A DNA stretch of 64,000 nucleotides from assembly GCF_006345805.1 (NCBI RefSeq), contig NC_043001.1, forward strand, positions 15,934,001-15,998,000, written 5' to 3'. Numbering within the stretch: the first letter of the stretch is position 1; each line of letters opens with the position of its first letter. The DNA is from Octopus sinensis. Its lineage: Eukaryota. The notes beneath the pieces were generated by a model. That model saw nothing but the letters and a program-made list of their open reading frames with translations, searched no databases and was not told the DNA's origin. A program made the position numbers and the translations under genes. Below, one piece after another: positions 51,701 to 62,880 of the stretch.

Positions 51701-52495
51701 CGTAAATTTAGACGACAATATATATTCACCACACCCTGTGCACCCACCACATATTACTTAATGCCTACACATACGTTCCCTATGGATCTCTCATCAGCTT
51801 CGCCTACCACTAAGTATTGATCGACCTGGGATTGTAGTAGAAATCCTTTTCCCCAAAGTGCCACGCAGTAGAAATGAATCCGAAACGTTGCTATTGCAAA
51901 CCAAATTCCTGAAATCCACGGACATACCAGTGCCATGTTGAGAAATTTGATATTTTTTTCACCCAAATACTTAAAAACGATGGAGAATTAACCGAGACGG
52001 AATCTGGCATTTTGGGAGTTAGAAATAGATAGATGCAGTCAGATGGGATGCGTTTCCATTGCTACTTTATATATATATTTTCTGAAGTTACTAAGCTAGC
52101 AGAGAAGTAAACACGAAATTAGATTATTTATAATAAATCAAGCGAAATGAGTTTAATGTTTCTGTAGACGAGGATTGACAGTGATTGATATAAACAACAT
52201 AGACAACGATATTACAACAGCCAAAGAAAAGCAAAAGAAAGCGAAGACTTGTCTTATACAAATGAAGAATAATGCAAAAAATATACAAAAATAAAAAGCA
52301 AAAAAAAAAAAAACAATCAGAAAACATCCCCCTCCCCACGATAAACCGAAACAAGTAGAAACGTATTTAAGCCAGGAGACAAAGAAAATATGTCTTATAT
52401 ATGCTTCCTTAATATGTGGCGGTAGGTTCGAACATGAATGTGTTAATCGCTGTTGTATTTTATCTTCGGAGATCAAATTCTCCCTTCAATTTATA

Positions 52496-52862
52496 AGGCG
52501 GCGAGCTGGTAGAAACGTTAGCACGCGGGGAGAAATGCTTTGCGGTATTTCGTCTGCCGCTACGTTCTGGGTTCAAATTCCGCCGAGGTCGACTTTGCCT
52601 TTCTTCCTTTCGGGGTCGAAAAATTAAGTACCAGTTACACACTGGGGTCGATAAAATCGACTTAATCCGTTTGTTTGTCCTTGTTTGTCCTCTCTGCGTT
52701 TAGCCCCTTGTGGGTAGTAAAGATATAGGTATTTCGTCTGTCTTTATGTTCCGAGTTCAAATTCCGCCGCGATCAATTTTGCCTTTCATCCTTTCGGGGT
52801 CGATAAATTAGGTACCAATTGTGTACTGGGGTCGATCTAATCGACTGGCCCCCTCCCCAACG
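52496..52862 (+). mobile_element. SINE family B dimer
   Basis: Junction AGATATA|GGTATTTCG at 52727/52728. Confidence 0.9.
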
Positions 52863-53892
52863 GTTCGGCAAATGAGGCCGACAAAATAATTATTGGTATC
52901 GATTCGTTTAACTAAAATTCTTTAAGTCAGTACTCCAGCATAGCCGCAGTCGAATGAAAGAAGTAAAAGATGAAAAATGAAAGCTAACTCTATTTTAGGT
53001 ATTGAGTACTTCTTCCACACACGATTTTGTAATCCAGCATGTACATATTCCTTTAAGGAATTTGATATATAATTTGAAAGAAGTGGGTGGGCTGGCAGAA
53101 TCGTTAGCATGCCGGACGGGATGATTAGCGGCTTAGCATTTCGTCCGTCATTACGCTGTGAGTTCAAATTCTACCGAGGTCGGCTTTACCATTTATCTTT
53201 TCGGGGTCGATAAAATAAGTACCAGTTGAGGACTGAGGCCGATGTAATCAAGTTACAACCTCCCCAAAACAGCTGGCCTTGTGCCAACATATAAAACCAG
53301 TATGTGGTTTGAAAGAGAACTGGCTGCTATTTCTAGACGGCGGGGTGATCTACGCAGTGGTTTCCTTGTTATCTCGAGTTGCCACAGCTTTTTGTGTCTG
53401 TTCTATTAAGGACATATGACAGGAGAGAGTGAGAGAGAGAGAGAGAGAGGAATAGAAAGAGGGAGAGAGAGGGAAATTGAGATCCATTCTAAAGGAGTGG
53501 TGTATCGCTGAGGGTTGATGTGTCTGTATGTCAGCCATATATGGCCCCATGGTGTGTTGATCAACGATCTGTATCCCTGGGGAAAGAACACAGTTCCGGC
53601 ACCCCATCGGGATAATGATATCGGCTTATGATGATGCCGTTGCCATGCTTTCGCTTACCATTTTTTACACCCCCATACATTGCTGTCTCTATACACACAT
53701 ATACACACACATATATATATACATATATACGAACGGACATACGTGTGTATATAACATCCATGTATTCATAAGCACATATACGAACGTACTTATATATTTA
53801 CACACATGCACTCACACAGACACACACGCACGCACAGGAACTCACACACACACGCACTGACACACTCACACACGCACAGATGTATATATAGA

Positions 53893-54288
53893 CGTAGGAG
53901 TGGCTGTGTGGTAAGACGTTTCCTTCCCGATCACATGGTTCCGGGTTCAGTCCCACTGTGAGTCACCTTGTACAAGTGTCTTTTAATATAGTCCCGGGCC
54001 GACCAAATCCTTCTGAGTAGATTTACTACACGGAAACTGAAAGAAGCTCGCCCTATATAAACATATATATCTATGTGCTTGTCTTTTTGTGTATGTTTCT
54101 AATCACCACCGCTTGGCAACCGGTCTTGGTTTGCTTACGTCCCCGTAACCTAGCAGCTCTGCAGAGGAACCGATAAAATAACTATCAGGCTTAAAAATTT
54201 ACGGGGGTCAATTCGTTCGGCTAAAATCTCCTCAAGGCGGTGCCCCAGCATGGCTACTGCCTAATTAAGGGAAGAAGCAAAAGATGAA
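53893..54288 (+). mobile_element. SINE family A, diverged
   Basis: Colinear with family A. Confidence 0.85.
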
Positions 54289-54437
54289 GTTGTTTGTGAA
54301 TATATATATATACATACACACATACACATATATACATATATACACACATACATGCAAACACTAACTTATTGACATATACACGTATATATATATATATATA
54401 TATCATGTGTGTGAATATGTGTGTATGTGTGTATATG

Positions 54438-54492
<55 letters not shown>

Positions 54493-54596
54493 AGGTAAAG
54501 CATACTTGGAAGAGGGTGCGTGGCGTTCAATCATATAATAATATAAATAATATATATATATACGTATAGATGAATGAACATATATATATATATATA

Positions 54597-54990
54597 GTCA
54601 TGGCACTCCGTCGGTTACGACGTCGAGGGTTCCAGTTGATCCGATCAACGGAACAACTTGATCGTGAAATTAACGTGCAAATGGCTGAGCACTCCAGAGA
54701 CACGTGTACCCATAACGTAGTTCTCGGGGAGATTCAGCATGACACAGAGTGTGACAAGGCTGGCCCTTGGTGAATGCAGGTACAATGATGAGTGAGAATA
54801 CAGGGGAGTGTGAGAGACATTTGTGGGGAAAGAATACAGCAGGGTTCGCCACCACCCCGTACCGGAGCCTCGTGGAACTTCTGGTGTTTTCGCTCAATAA
54901 AACACTCACAACGCCCGGTCTGGGAATCGAAATAGCGATCCTACTACCACGCGTCCGCTGCACTAACCACTGGGCCATTGCGCCTCCACA
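54597..54990 (-). mobile_element. SINE family C (tail type 1), full length
   Basis: Head GGAGGCGCAATGGCCCAGTGG; tail ...GATCAACTGGAACCCTCGACGTCGTAACCGACGGAGTGCCA. Confidence 0.88.
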
Positions 54991-54997
54991 CATATAG

Positions 54998-55064
<67 letters not shown>

Positions 55065-55204
55065 TTCTCTTGCAGAAGAAACATTCTTAAATGCAATAGC
55101 GTAAATATTGCACTTTAATGCACTATATTTCATTTTCCTCAGTTCATTTCCTTAAAAATGGTATATAAAACAAAGTAAGGAACAACCCTTCATTTTCTCC
55201 TAAC

Positions 55205-55267
<63 letters not shown>

Positions 55268-55268
<1 letters not shown>

Positions 55269-55470
55269 ACTGGCAGAATCGTTAACGCGCTGGACGAAAT
55301 GCTTAGCAGTAATCTGCCCGTTGCTACGTTTTGAATTCAAATTCCACCGAAGTCAACTTTACCTTTCAAGGTCGATAAATTAAGTACCAGTGAAACACCG
55401 GAGTCGATATAATCGACTAATCCCCACCCCATAAATTTGAGGTCTTGTGCCGCCAATAGAAAGGATTATT
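55268..55470 (+). mobile_element. SINE family B monomer within an (ATT)n tract
   Basis: Matches family B. Confidence 0.85.
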
Positions 55471-55976
55471 ATTATTATTATTATTATCATCACCATTATA
55501 GATTCTATCAGTGAGATATAAATATCAGTTAATATCCACAATTGCAGAAGAGGTGCAAATAATTTTTACTTTACGATACATTAAATTGGTAGAGTTATAT
55601 ATCATGCTATATACTCACCAATCTATCTTTCAGGCTCATATGTTAGATGTATTTAAAACCCAGCGCACCAGTCTATGAAAATACATGGGCAAAAAACGAG
55701 AAGGGGAAAAAACCGCGAAGAAGAATATTCACACAATATATATGAGAAGGCTGTTGGTTGATATCCATTTAAGTACAACTTTTGTCTCCTTCAGTAAACC
55801 ATCAAATATCTTGTAAAATACTATGTGGCTATTTCTTAATTATTTAGCCAACAGTTTTATCATTTCCGGATGTTTGGTAGTTATTAGCTTTGTATAGTAT
55901 GTGTTACTTTAGTCACGACTGTTCTGATATTACACTTGTTGTAGTTACCATGACGCCCCATTCGCTAATCAAACAC

Positions 55977-56330
55977 GGATCTTTGACCGACAGATTTAAA
56001 AAATAATTTTTTGTAACTAAACACTTTCAAACTTCAGACACTGGTAGAATGTGTCATATAAAACATCTTTTACTCTTAGCATTTTTGAGAAAAACTTATA
56101 TTTACGAAGTTATTTCACGTTAAAGTTGTCCTATTTCAGTAATTTCAACCAATCAATGATGTGTATTCAGCTGAATGAAATTACTGCTGTTGTTTGTCAA
56201 CAACAACTATCGGCGGTGTATTTTTCGTTTGTCACTATTATTTATGACATCATTCGAGCGTTTGTACTGGTTTTAAGGGTTAGGGTTAGGGTTTTAGGGT
56301 TTTAAATCTGTAGGTCAAGCGGTAAAGATC
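55977..56330. mobile_element. MITE with TIRs and a short internal TTAGGG-like tract
   Basis: GGATCTTTGACCGACAGATTTAAAA versus TTTTAAATCTGTAGGTCAAGCGGTAAAGATCC. Confidence 0.65.
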
Positions 56331-56525
56331 CTCATACACTTCCCTTGAAATGTTTTACTTTTAACGAAATTTGTTAATGGCTGACCAGCTTGTTCGGGAG
56401 AACTTTTGAGTAAGTGCATCAATGCTTATGGATAACTTCCAAAAATCCCTAACCCTGTAGAACTCCAGTGCGCTCTGGGGCCGCTAAAATCTCGACAGGG
56501 GAACATGTCCGAGATGAGTCTAGAC

Positions 56526-56860
56526 TAGTAGTTCTCAACCGGGGTCCATATGGCCCCTGAGGGCCCATATAAGATTTTTGGTGGGGTCCACGCACAAAAT
56601 AATAAATTGGGGATCCACAATGGTATTTTAAGGGCCTCTAAAAAATTTTGCTTTAGATGTATTTATTGGTGTGTATTGCAAGAAACAACTGGGTTTCTTT
56701 CTCTAATATTTTACATAGTTCAACACACACAAGTTAATGTGTGGAAAACAAAATAGGAATTTTGAAAGAGGTTTCTATAAAAGCTAGTTTTTAAACATCG
56801 AAGGGCTATGGGGGTCCACCAGAATAAAACAGTAAGCAAAGGGGTCCAAAAGAACTCCTG
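56526..56860. mobile_element. hAT (Charlie-type) MITE
   Basis: TSD GTCTAGAC / GTCTAGAT (NTCTAGAN type); ends TAGTAGTTCTCAACC / AAGAACTCCTG. Confidence 0.75.
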
Positions 56861-57177
56861 GTCTAGATGAAGCTGTTCTATATTTTTTTTTCTTTGTCTG
56901 GACTTTGCTAATATACAGTGTTGTGTTGAACAGCTCTTAGGGATGTAGGATGGATCCAGCTGTCAACCATACCTCTCATAAAGATAGGCCCATTGCCAAT
57001 AGAGAAGAGAACTGCCTGCCTGTTTTGGCAAAATAAGGGACAGGTTGTGTATCCAGAAGGACAGTATTTTGGACATATAGAGTCTTGAGGACACAGCTAG
57101 ATCTTCTGACTAACCTCATTAGAATAACATGTCGTGACAGATGAGACCGAGAGAGAAGAAAGAAAGAAAGACAGAAA

Positions 57178-57240
<63 letters not shown>

Positions 57241-57533
57241 AGTGTTTCTCTGAAGCAAAGTCGATGAAAGATGTCGTTAAGTGGCGAAATTAATGTTCTG
57301 CGACAGCTGTACTTTGGATTCTGGTTGTAGGTTGTAACTGCGATAGCACAAGAATGGCCACGGGAGGAAGAGGATCGGAGTGGTAGAATTCCCTGATCCT
57401 CCCAAAACGGCAGTTCCTTATCCATTTCATGAGTGGCAGCTTTCGTTCCTATTTCTATATTTAATTTAAAGCATGTTTTTCATGTTGTATTGCACTTTCG
57501 CCCAGTTCTCATTTCATTGTGTGTATAAATATA

Positions 57534-57588
<55 letters not shown>

Positions 57589-57619
57589 TATAATATATAA
57601 TATATATTTATATATATAT

Positions 57620-57672
<53 letters not shown>

Positions 57673-58534
57673 ATATATATATATATATATATAGTATGTA
57701 TGTATGTATACACACCCTCTTATTTGTAATTGCAACCATTCCGTAGAAAATAGCTTGTGTATATATATATATATCCGCGTAAGTCCTTAGTGACCAATAA
57801 AACCTATTATTACCATCATCACCAATATTTCAATAGTATTAGTGGTGTTGTTATTGCTATTATCATCATCATTACTATCAGTAGTAGTAGTAGTAGTAGT
57901 AGTAGTATCGAGAAAGACTACTATTGCAAGTTTTCTGTTTTAGTTTGATGGCTATTTCCTCTGCGCCTTTTTCTTTTTTTTTTTTTTTTTTACTTATTAA
58001 CGAATTCAACAGCGGAACTGGTTTACGTTTAATAAATATTTACAGGAAATGTGAAAATAAATAAAATAACCGAAACCAATGAAAAAATGCGTCAAATTTT
58101 CAAAATTCTTCAACTTTAAGATTCGACTTAAAAGCAGGATGTCCAATTAACACTATAGCCTGGAATTCTTTCTTAAATGGTTTTTTTTTTCCCTTCTGCT
58201 GAACAAAGAATTTTAATTTAATTTCTAATTTTTTTTTCGTATCTTTGGTCTGCGGCCGGGCTGGGGCACCGCTTTGAAGTATTTAGTCGAATAAATTGAC
58301 CTCAATATTTACGTTTTCCGATTTTTTCATTTTTTAAAAGTCTGGTACTTATTCTATCGGTGTATTTCTTGCTAAGTTACAAGGACGTAAACAAAACAAC
58401 ACCGATTGTCAAGTGGTGGTAGTGAACCAACAAAAAGATGCACACACTCATCGCGTGCGTTCACACACACTTATCACGTGTGCGCGCAAACACACACGCA
58501 CACACACACTTAAACACAAACGCAGACATCTCCA

Positions 58535-58580
58535 GACAGTTCGATGAAAGCTAGGAGGTTGAAACTTCGAAGTCACTGTC
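58535..58580 (+). ncRNA. Minimal type I hammerhead-like motif
   Basis: GACAGT-TCGATGA-AAGCT-AGG-AGGTT-GAAA-CTTCGAAG-T-C-ACTGTC. Stem I is 6 bp, stem III is a 10-bp palindrome and the cleavage triplet is GUC; core positions 3-4 deviate. Confidence 0.62.
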
Positions 58581-58860
58581 ATGACTCATCTTGTAGAGAT
58601 TCTAATAAATATGAACTCTAGAAAAAGTATTGAATAATTCTTCATATGTATGTAAAATTGCTTTCAGTGTAAATTCGACAGAGAAACAACCATATATACA
58701 AACACACACACACACACACACACACATAAATATATATAAGTGAGTACAGGACACCACAAATAGACGTAGAACTCAACGAGAAACGAAAACGTAAAAACAA
58801 ACGTGGAAACGGACCTAAACGAAAAAAGCAGAGTACAAGACAAACTACACAGGGAAAAAT

Positions 58861-58921
58861 CCCCTTCATCAGCTGTCTCTAGTTCAACTCCAGCGTGTTT
58901 CGAAGGTGAGGACAGAACACG
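58861..58921 (-). ncRNA. Hammerhead-like motif with non-circularly permuted segment order
   Basis: CGTGT-T-CTGTC-CTCA-CCTTC-GAAACACG-(16 nt)-GACAG-CTGATGA-AGGGG. Confidence 0.6.
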
Positions 58922-59029
58922 TCTCGTCGAACTAGTCCTTCCTGCGAAAGAATTAAATAAAATTCCTTTGCAGAGGGGTAAAAACAAGGAAAAAAATGTG
59001 ACGTTCGATCATATAATGATATAAATAGT

Positions 59030-59470
59030 ATATAAATATATGCATATATACATACATATATGTACATACCTTCATATATATGTATATATATACATGCATA
59101 TATGGGTACAGGACATAAAATAAAAACGTTGAACGCAATGAGAAACGAAAACATAAAAACAAAAACATAGAAACGAACTCCTTTTCGAACAACGAAAAAA
59201 ACCCCAAACAAACAGAGAAACGTGGAGTAGTTGAAACAGGGACAACTGAAGAAGGGGAATATTCTTTATGTTGCATGTCTCGTTTCTCTGTTCGAAAAAA
59301 GTTCGTTTCTATGTTTTTGTTTTTATCTTTTCATTTCTCATTGTGTTCAACGTTTTCTTGATGTCCTGTACCCATATATGCATGTATATATACATATATA
59401 TATATGTAGGTATGTACATATATGTAAGTATATATGCATATATTTATATATTATTTATATTATTATTTAT
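59030..59470. mobile_element. Inverted duplication of a PLE-terminus-like repeat (arms of about 190 bp, 58-nt loop)
   Basis: 59030-59222 is the reverse complement of 59281-59470; the loop holds GGGACAACTGAAGAAGGGG. Confidence 0.8.
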
Positions 59471-59535
59471 TTGTATATATACGAATGTATTTGTACGGGT
59501 ATGCATATATATCTATATTTATGTACTTCTGGTAT

Positions 59536-59596
59536 ATTCTACTGATGACGGTATAGTAATTTGTATTACTAAACCAGAAATCGGACGATCTAGAAT
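59536..59596 (+). ncRNA. Complete type I hammerhead motif with canonical core
   Basis: ATTCTA-CTGATGA-C-GGT-A-TAGTAAT-TTGT-ATTACTA-A-ACC-A-GAAA-TCG-GA-CGA-T-C-TAGAAT; predicted cleavage after C59590. Confidence 0.75.
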
Positions 59597-59783
59597 TAAC
59601 CACAAAATTTTATTAAATCACTTTTATTCATTTCATTGTTTTCAGCCTTGGAATGTAATTTGAAGCGGTTTTTAGAGTCTTTTGACGTTTATCTCTAGCG
59701 TGTAGGAGTTTGTTTCTCAGTACCCTTAATCATAATTATAACCATATTATATATATGTACTTTTAATATTTTATTTGTTTCAG

Positions 59784-59826
<43 letters not shown>

Positions 59827-59997
59827 ATATATATATACATATACATACATATATATATATACATATATATAAACAAATATATACATATATATATGCATAT
59901 ATACATATATATAAATATATATATATACATATATATATACATATATACACATATATATGCATATATATATATGCATGCATACATACATGACGCGCGC

Positions 59998-60252
59998 TTC
60001 CCCGTAACTTAGCGGGGACGTAAACACACCACCATCGGTCGTCAAGCGATGTTGGGGTAACAAACACATACACACATATATCTCTATATATATACGACGA
60101 GCTTCTTTCAGTTTCCGTCTACCAAATCCACTCACAAGGCTTTGGTCGGCCCGCGGTTATAGTAGATGACACTTGCCGAAGGTGCCATGCAGTGGGGCTG
60201 AACCCGGAACCATGTGGTTGGTAAGCAAGCTACTTACCACATAGCCACACCT
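59998..60252 (-). mobile_element. SINE family A, 5' two-thirds
   Basis: Matches family A. Confidence 0.9.
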
Positions 60253-60270
60253 GCATGTATATATATATAT

Positions 60271-60306
<36 letters not shown>

Positions 60307-60779
60307 CTGTGCGTGTGTATGCATGTATGTATATATATATATATGAATGTGCGTGTATATATATGTGCGTATGTGTATGTGCGTTTGTGTGTATGTGTGT
60401 GTGTGTGTGTGTGTACAGGGCTTTGCTATGAACCATTTTTGGTTGAAGATAAGAAAATCACATTTGTTTTCATTTCTTTTCTTTTCAACACAGATTCTAA
60501 TCACGACAGCACGGGGAACAGTCTTTGAGAAGGAACCATAAAAGCACAATTACCATTATTAAAATGTGTGGGAAGAAATTTTACATGGCGACACATGTGG
60601 CGATTGAATGTAGCAAAGTGGTCCGCAAGGAATAAGCGAGACGCCACGATAATATTGTTAGGGTCCAGAGAGACTTCTGGGAGATCTTTAATCTAAAGTA
60701 AGTTAGGGAACTGTATAAACATTAGCGGTCAACAATTAATTCTAATGATATATTATATATACTGTAAATATATAATATA

Positions 60780-60847
<68 letters not shown>

Positions 60848-61000
60848 CTGTAAAAGGCTCACTGCAGCATTCAATTATAAAATGTTGTTCTAAGTTCAAT
60901 TCCCGCCGTGGCCAATGTTACTATCAATCTCGCCTGTTGAATAAAATAAATACTCGGCAAAATATGCATGGATGTGTGTGTGTGTGTGTATGTATGTGTG

Positions 61001-61055
<55 letters not shown>

Positions 61056-61418
61056 TGCGTGTGTGCGTGTGTGTGTGTGTGTGTGTGTACATGTACACAC
61101 ACACACAGACACAGACACGCGCAGACATGATAGAAGTAAATAGACACTCTTATAATCGTTAAAATTTATTTAAATCTAAAATTATACATTAAGGAGATGT
61201 ACTTGCATAGCAAGTGACCTGATCTGAGATCGTGTGCTGGAACGAAAACAATTGCAGCGTGGAAGGTGTTTATAAGCCATTTAAGAAACACAAAAACGGT
61301 TAGATTCACTTCGAACATTTAAATTTAATTTGTCAAAATATTTTCGTCACTTTGAGACCGCGACCTGTTCACTGACAAAATTCTGAAGATTATTCATTAA
61401 TCATTATATTGTGAATAT

Positions 61419-61676
61419 CTATTATTTACTAGACATGCCCTTTGCATTTTTCGATGCAAGGATCCTATTAGGCATGCTACTGATCAGATGACCAATATTC
61501 TCTTGAGGAATTTCTTGCCAAATTTTATGGAGTAATCTCAAAGTATCTAGCTTTGAGGATGCTTTCTTTTTCTTTTTATGAAGTGCTCTGTCCATTATGC
61601 CCCAGAGGGTTTCACTAACGTTCATATCTGGTGACTGGCTTGGCCATGGAAGCTTTTTAATGCTGTTGTTTTCCAA
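61419..61676 (-). mobile_element. Tc1-like transposase C-terminal fragment
   Basis: KLPWPSQSPDMNVSETLWGIMDR...IWQEIPQENIGHLISSMPNRI. Confidence 0.85.
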
Positions 61677-61689
61677 TTAATCTTGTGTC

Positions 61690-61960
61690 TTTTAGCCGTG
61701 TGGTATTCGTTTGGTGTCAGCACAGGACATCCTGAGATGAGATGGTCTACTGTTTTATCATTTATCGTAGAATTTGCATTTAGGTTCAGAACCGTTTTGA
61801 AGAAAGCTAGCCTCGTAGTTTTTGTAAGCAAGTTTTGATCTTGTGCTGCCAATATGAAACCTTCAGTCTCTGCTTTCAGTCCTGAGCTTCTCGGCCACTG
61901 ATGGGTTGTTGCATGGTCTACATCAGCATTTCGGATTCGAAGTATATACTGCCCTTGCAG
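61690..61960 (-). mobile_element. R4/Dong-like LINE fragment (post-RT and zinc-knuckle region)
   Basis: GLKAETEGFILAAQDQNLLT...KTVDHLISGCPVLTPNEY. Confidence 0.75.
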
Positions 61961-62079
61961 AGGCTTCTGGCTCCACCGCTCCTCAATTTGTTTCTACCCG
62001 TTCTTTTTTGCAGTCTGTTTGATCACTTTTGCTTGTTTTGTGGCAGTGGTTATTATTATTATTATTGTTGTTGTTGTTG

Positions 62080-62345
62080 GTCTTCTTCTTCTTCTCTTCT
62101 TCTTCTTCTTCTTCTTCTTCTTCTTCTTCTTCTTCTTCTTCTTCTTTTCTTCTTCTTCTTCTTCTTCTTCTTTCGTAACGCAGTATAGGTAAAAATGCAC
62201 CGAAGTGTTTAGTCATCTGTCAAGTCACAACAAGGACCTCAGACAGATAATACTTTCCTTAAGATGTGCGTTGTGCCCATTAAGGCTGCTTTTTGCAAGA
62301 CAGCAATCTTGCATGGGATTTCCAGTTGTCTTAAGAAATCTTGAA
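62080..62345 (-). mobile_element. R4/Dong-like LINE 3' end with (GAA)n tail
   Basis: KIAVLQKAALMGTTHILRKVLSV*, then a short UTR and GAA repeats. Confidence 0.75.
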
Positions 62346-62367
62346 GTTTCAATGGGATTGAGCAGTG

Positions 62368-62402
<35 letters not shown>

Positions 62403-62601
62403 TATTATTATTATTATTATTAATGTTATTATTATTATTATTATTATTGAGTGAGAGAGCAGTTCATGCCATCAAAGTGACACTGGGGTAAAATACACGA
62501 AGCCCAGTATACCCATCATGACTACCCGTCTGATAAGGGTACACCAGGTACATGCATCACAACCATATGTGCGCGACATTTATTATTTTTATTATTATTA
62601 A

Positions 62602-62662
<61 letters not shown>

Positions 62663-62664
62663 TA

Positions 62665-62880
62665 CGGCGGTGAGCTGGCAGAATCGTTAGCACGCCGGGT
62701 GAAATGCAAAGCGGTATTTCGTCTGCCGTTACGTTCTGATTTCAAATTTCGCCGAAGTCGACTTTTAATCTTTAGGGGGTCAATAAATTAATTACCAGTA
62801 AAACACTGGGGTCGATAAAATCGACAAGTCCTCATCCAACAAATTTGAGGCCTTGTGCCTCCAGTACAAAGGATTATTAT
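62665..62880 (+). mobile_element. SINE family B monomer within an (ATT)n tract
   Basis: Matches family B. Confidence 0.85.

Noticed and set aside
51765-51805. CTGATGAG on the minus strand
   Set aside because: No GAAA or paired stems; similar isolated hits at about 39715 and 40850 were also dropped.
57255-57305. TCGATGA...GAAATTAATG
   Set aside because: The cleavage position would be G and stem II is weak.
56976-57425. 149-aa ORF
   Set aside because: Spans a (GA)n tract; only a vague hint of a LINE fragment and no convincing motif.
60494-60697. 204-nt segment between a strong acceptor and a GTAAGT donor
   Set aside because: Stops in all three frames; cannot be supported as an exon without RNA data.
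437-61162. The many long ORFs rich in YI, CV, HT, MYVC, LSIY, poly-His or poly-Lys
   Set aside because: They are translations of microsatellites that lack stop codons in some frames; there is no coding evidence.
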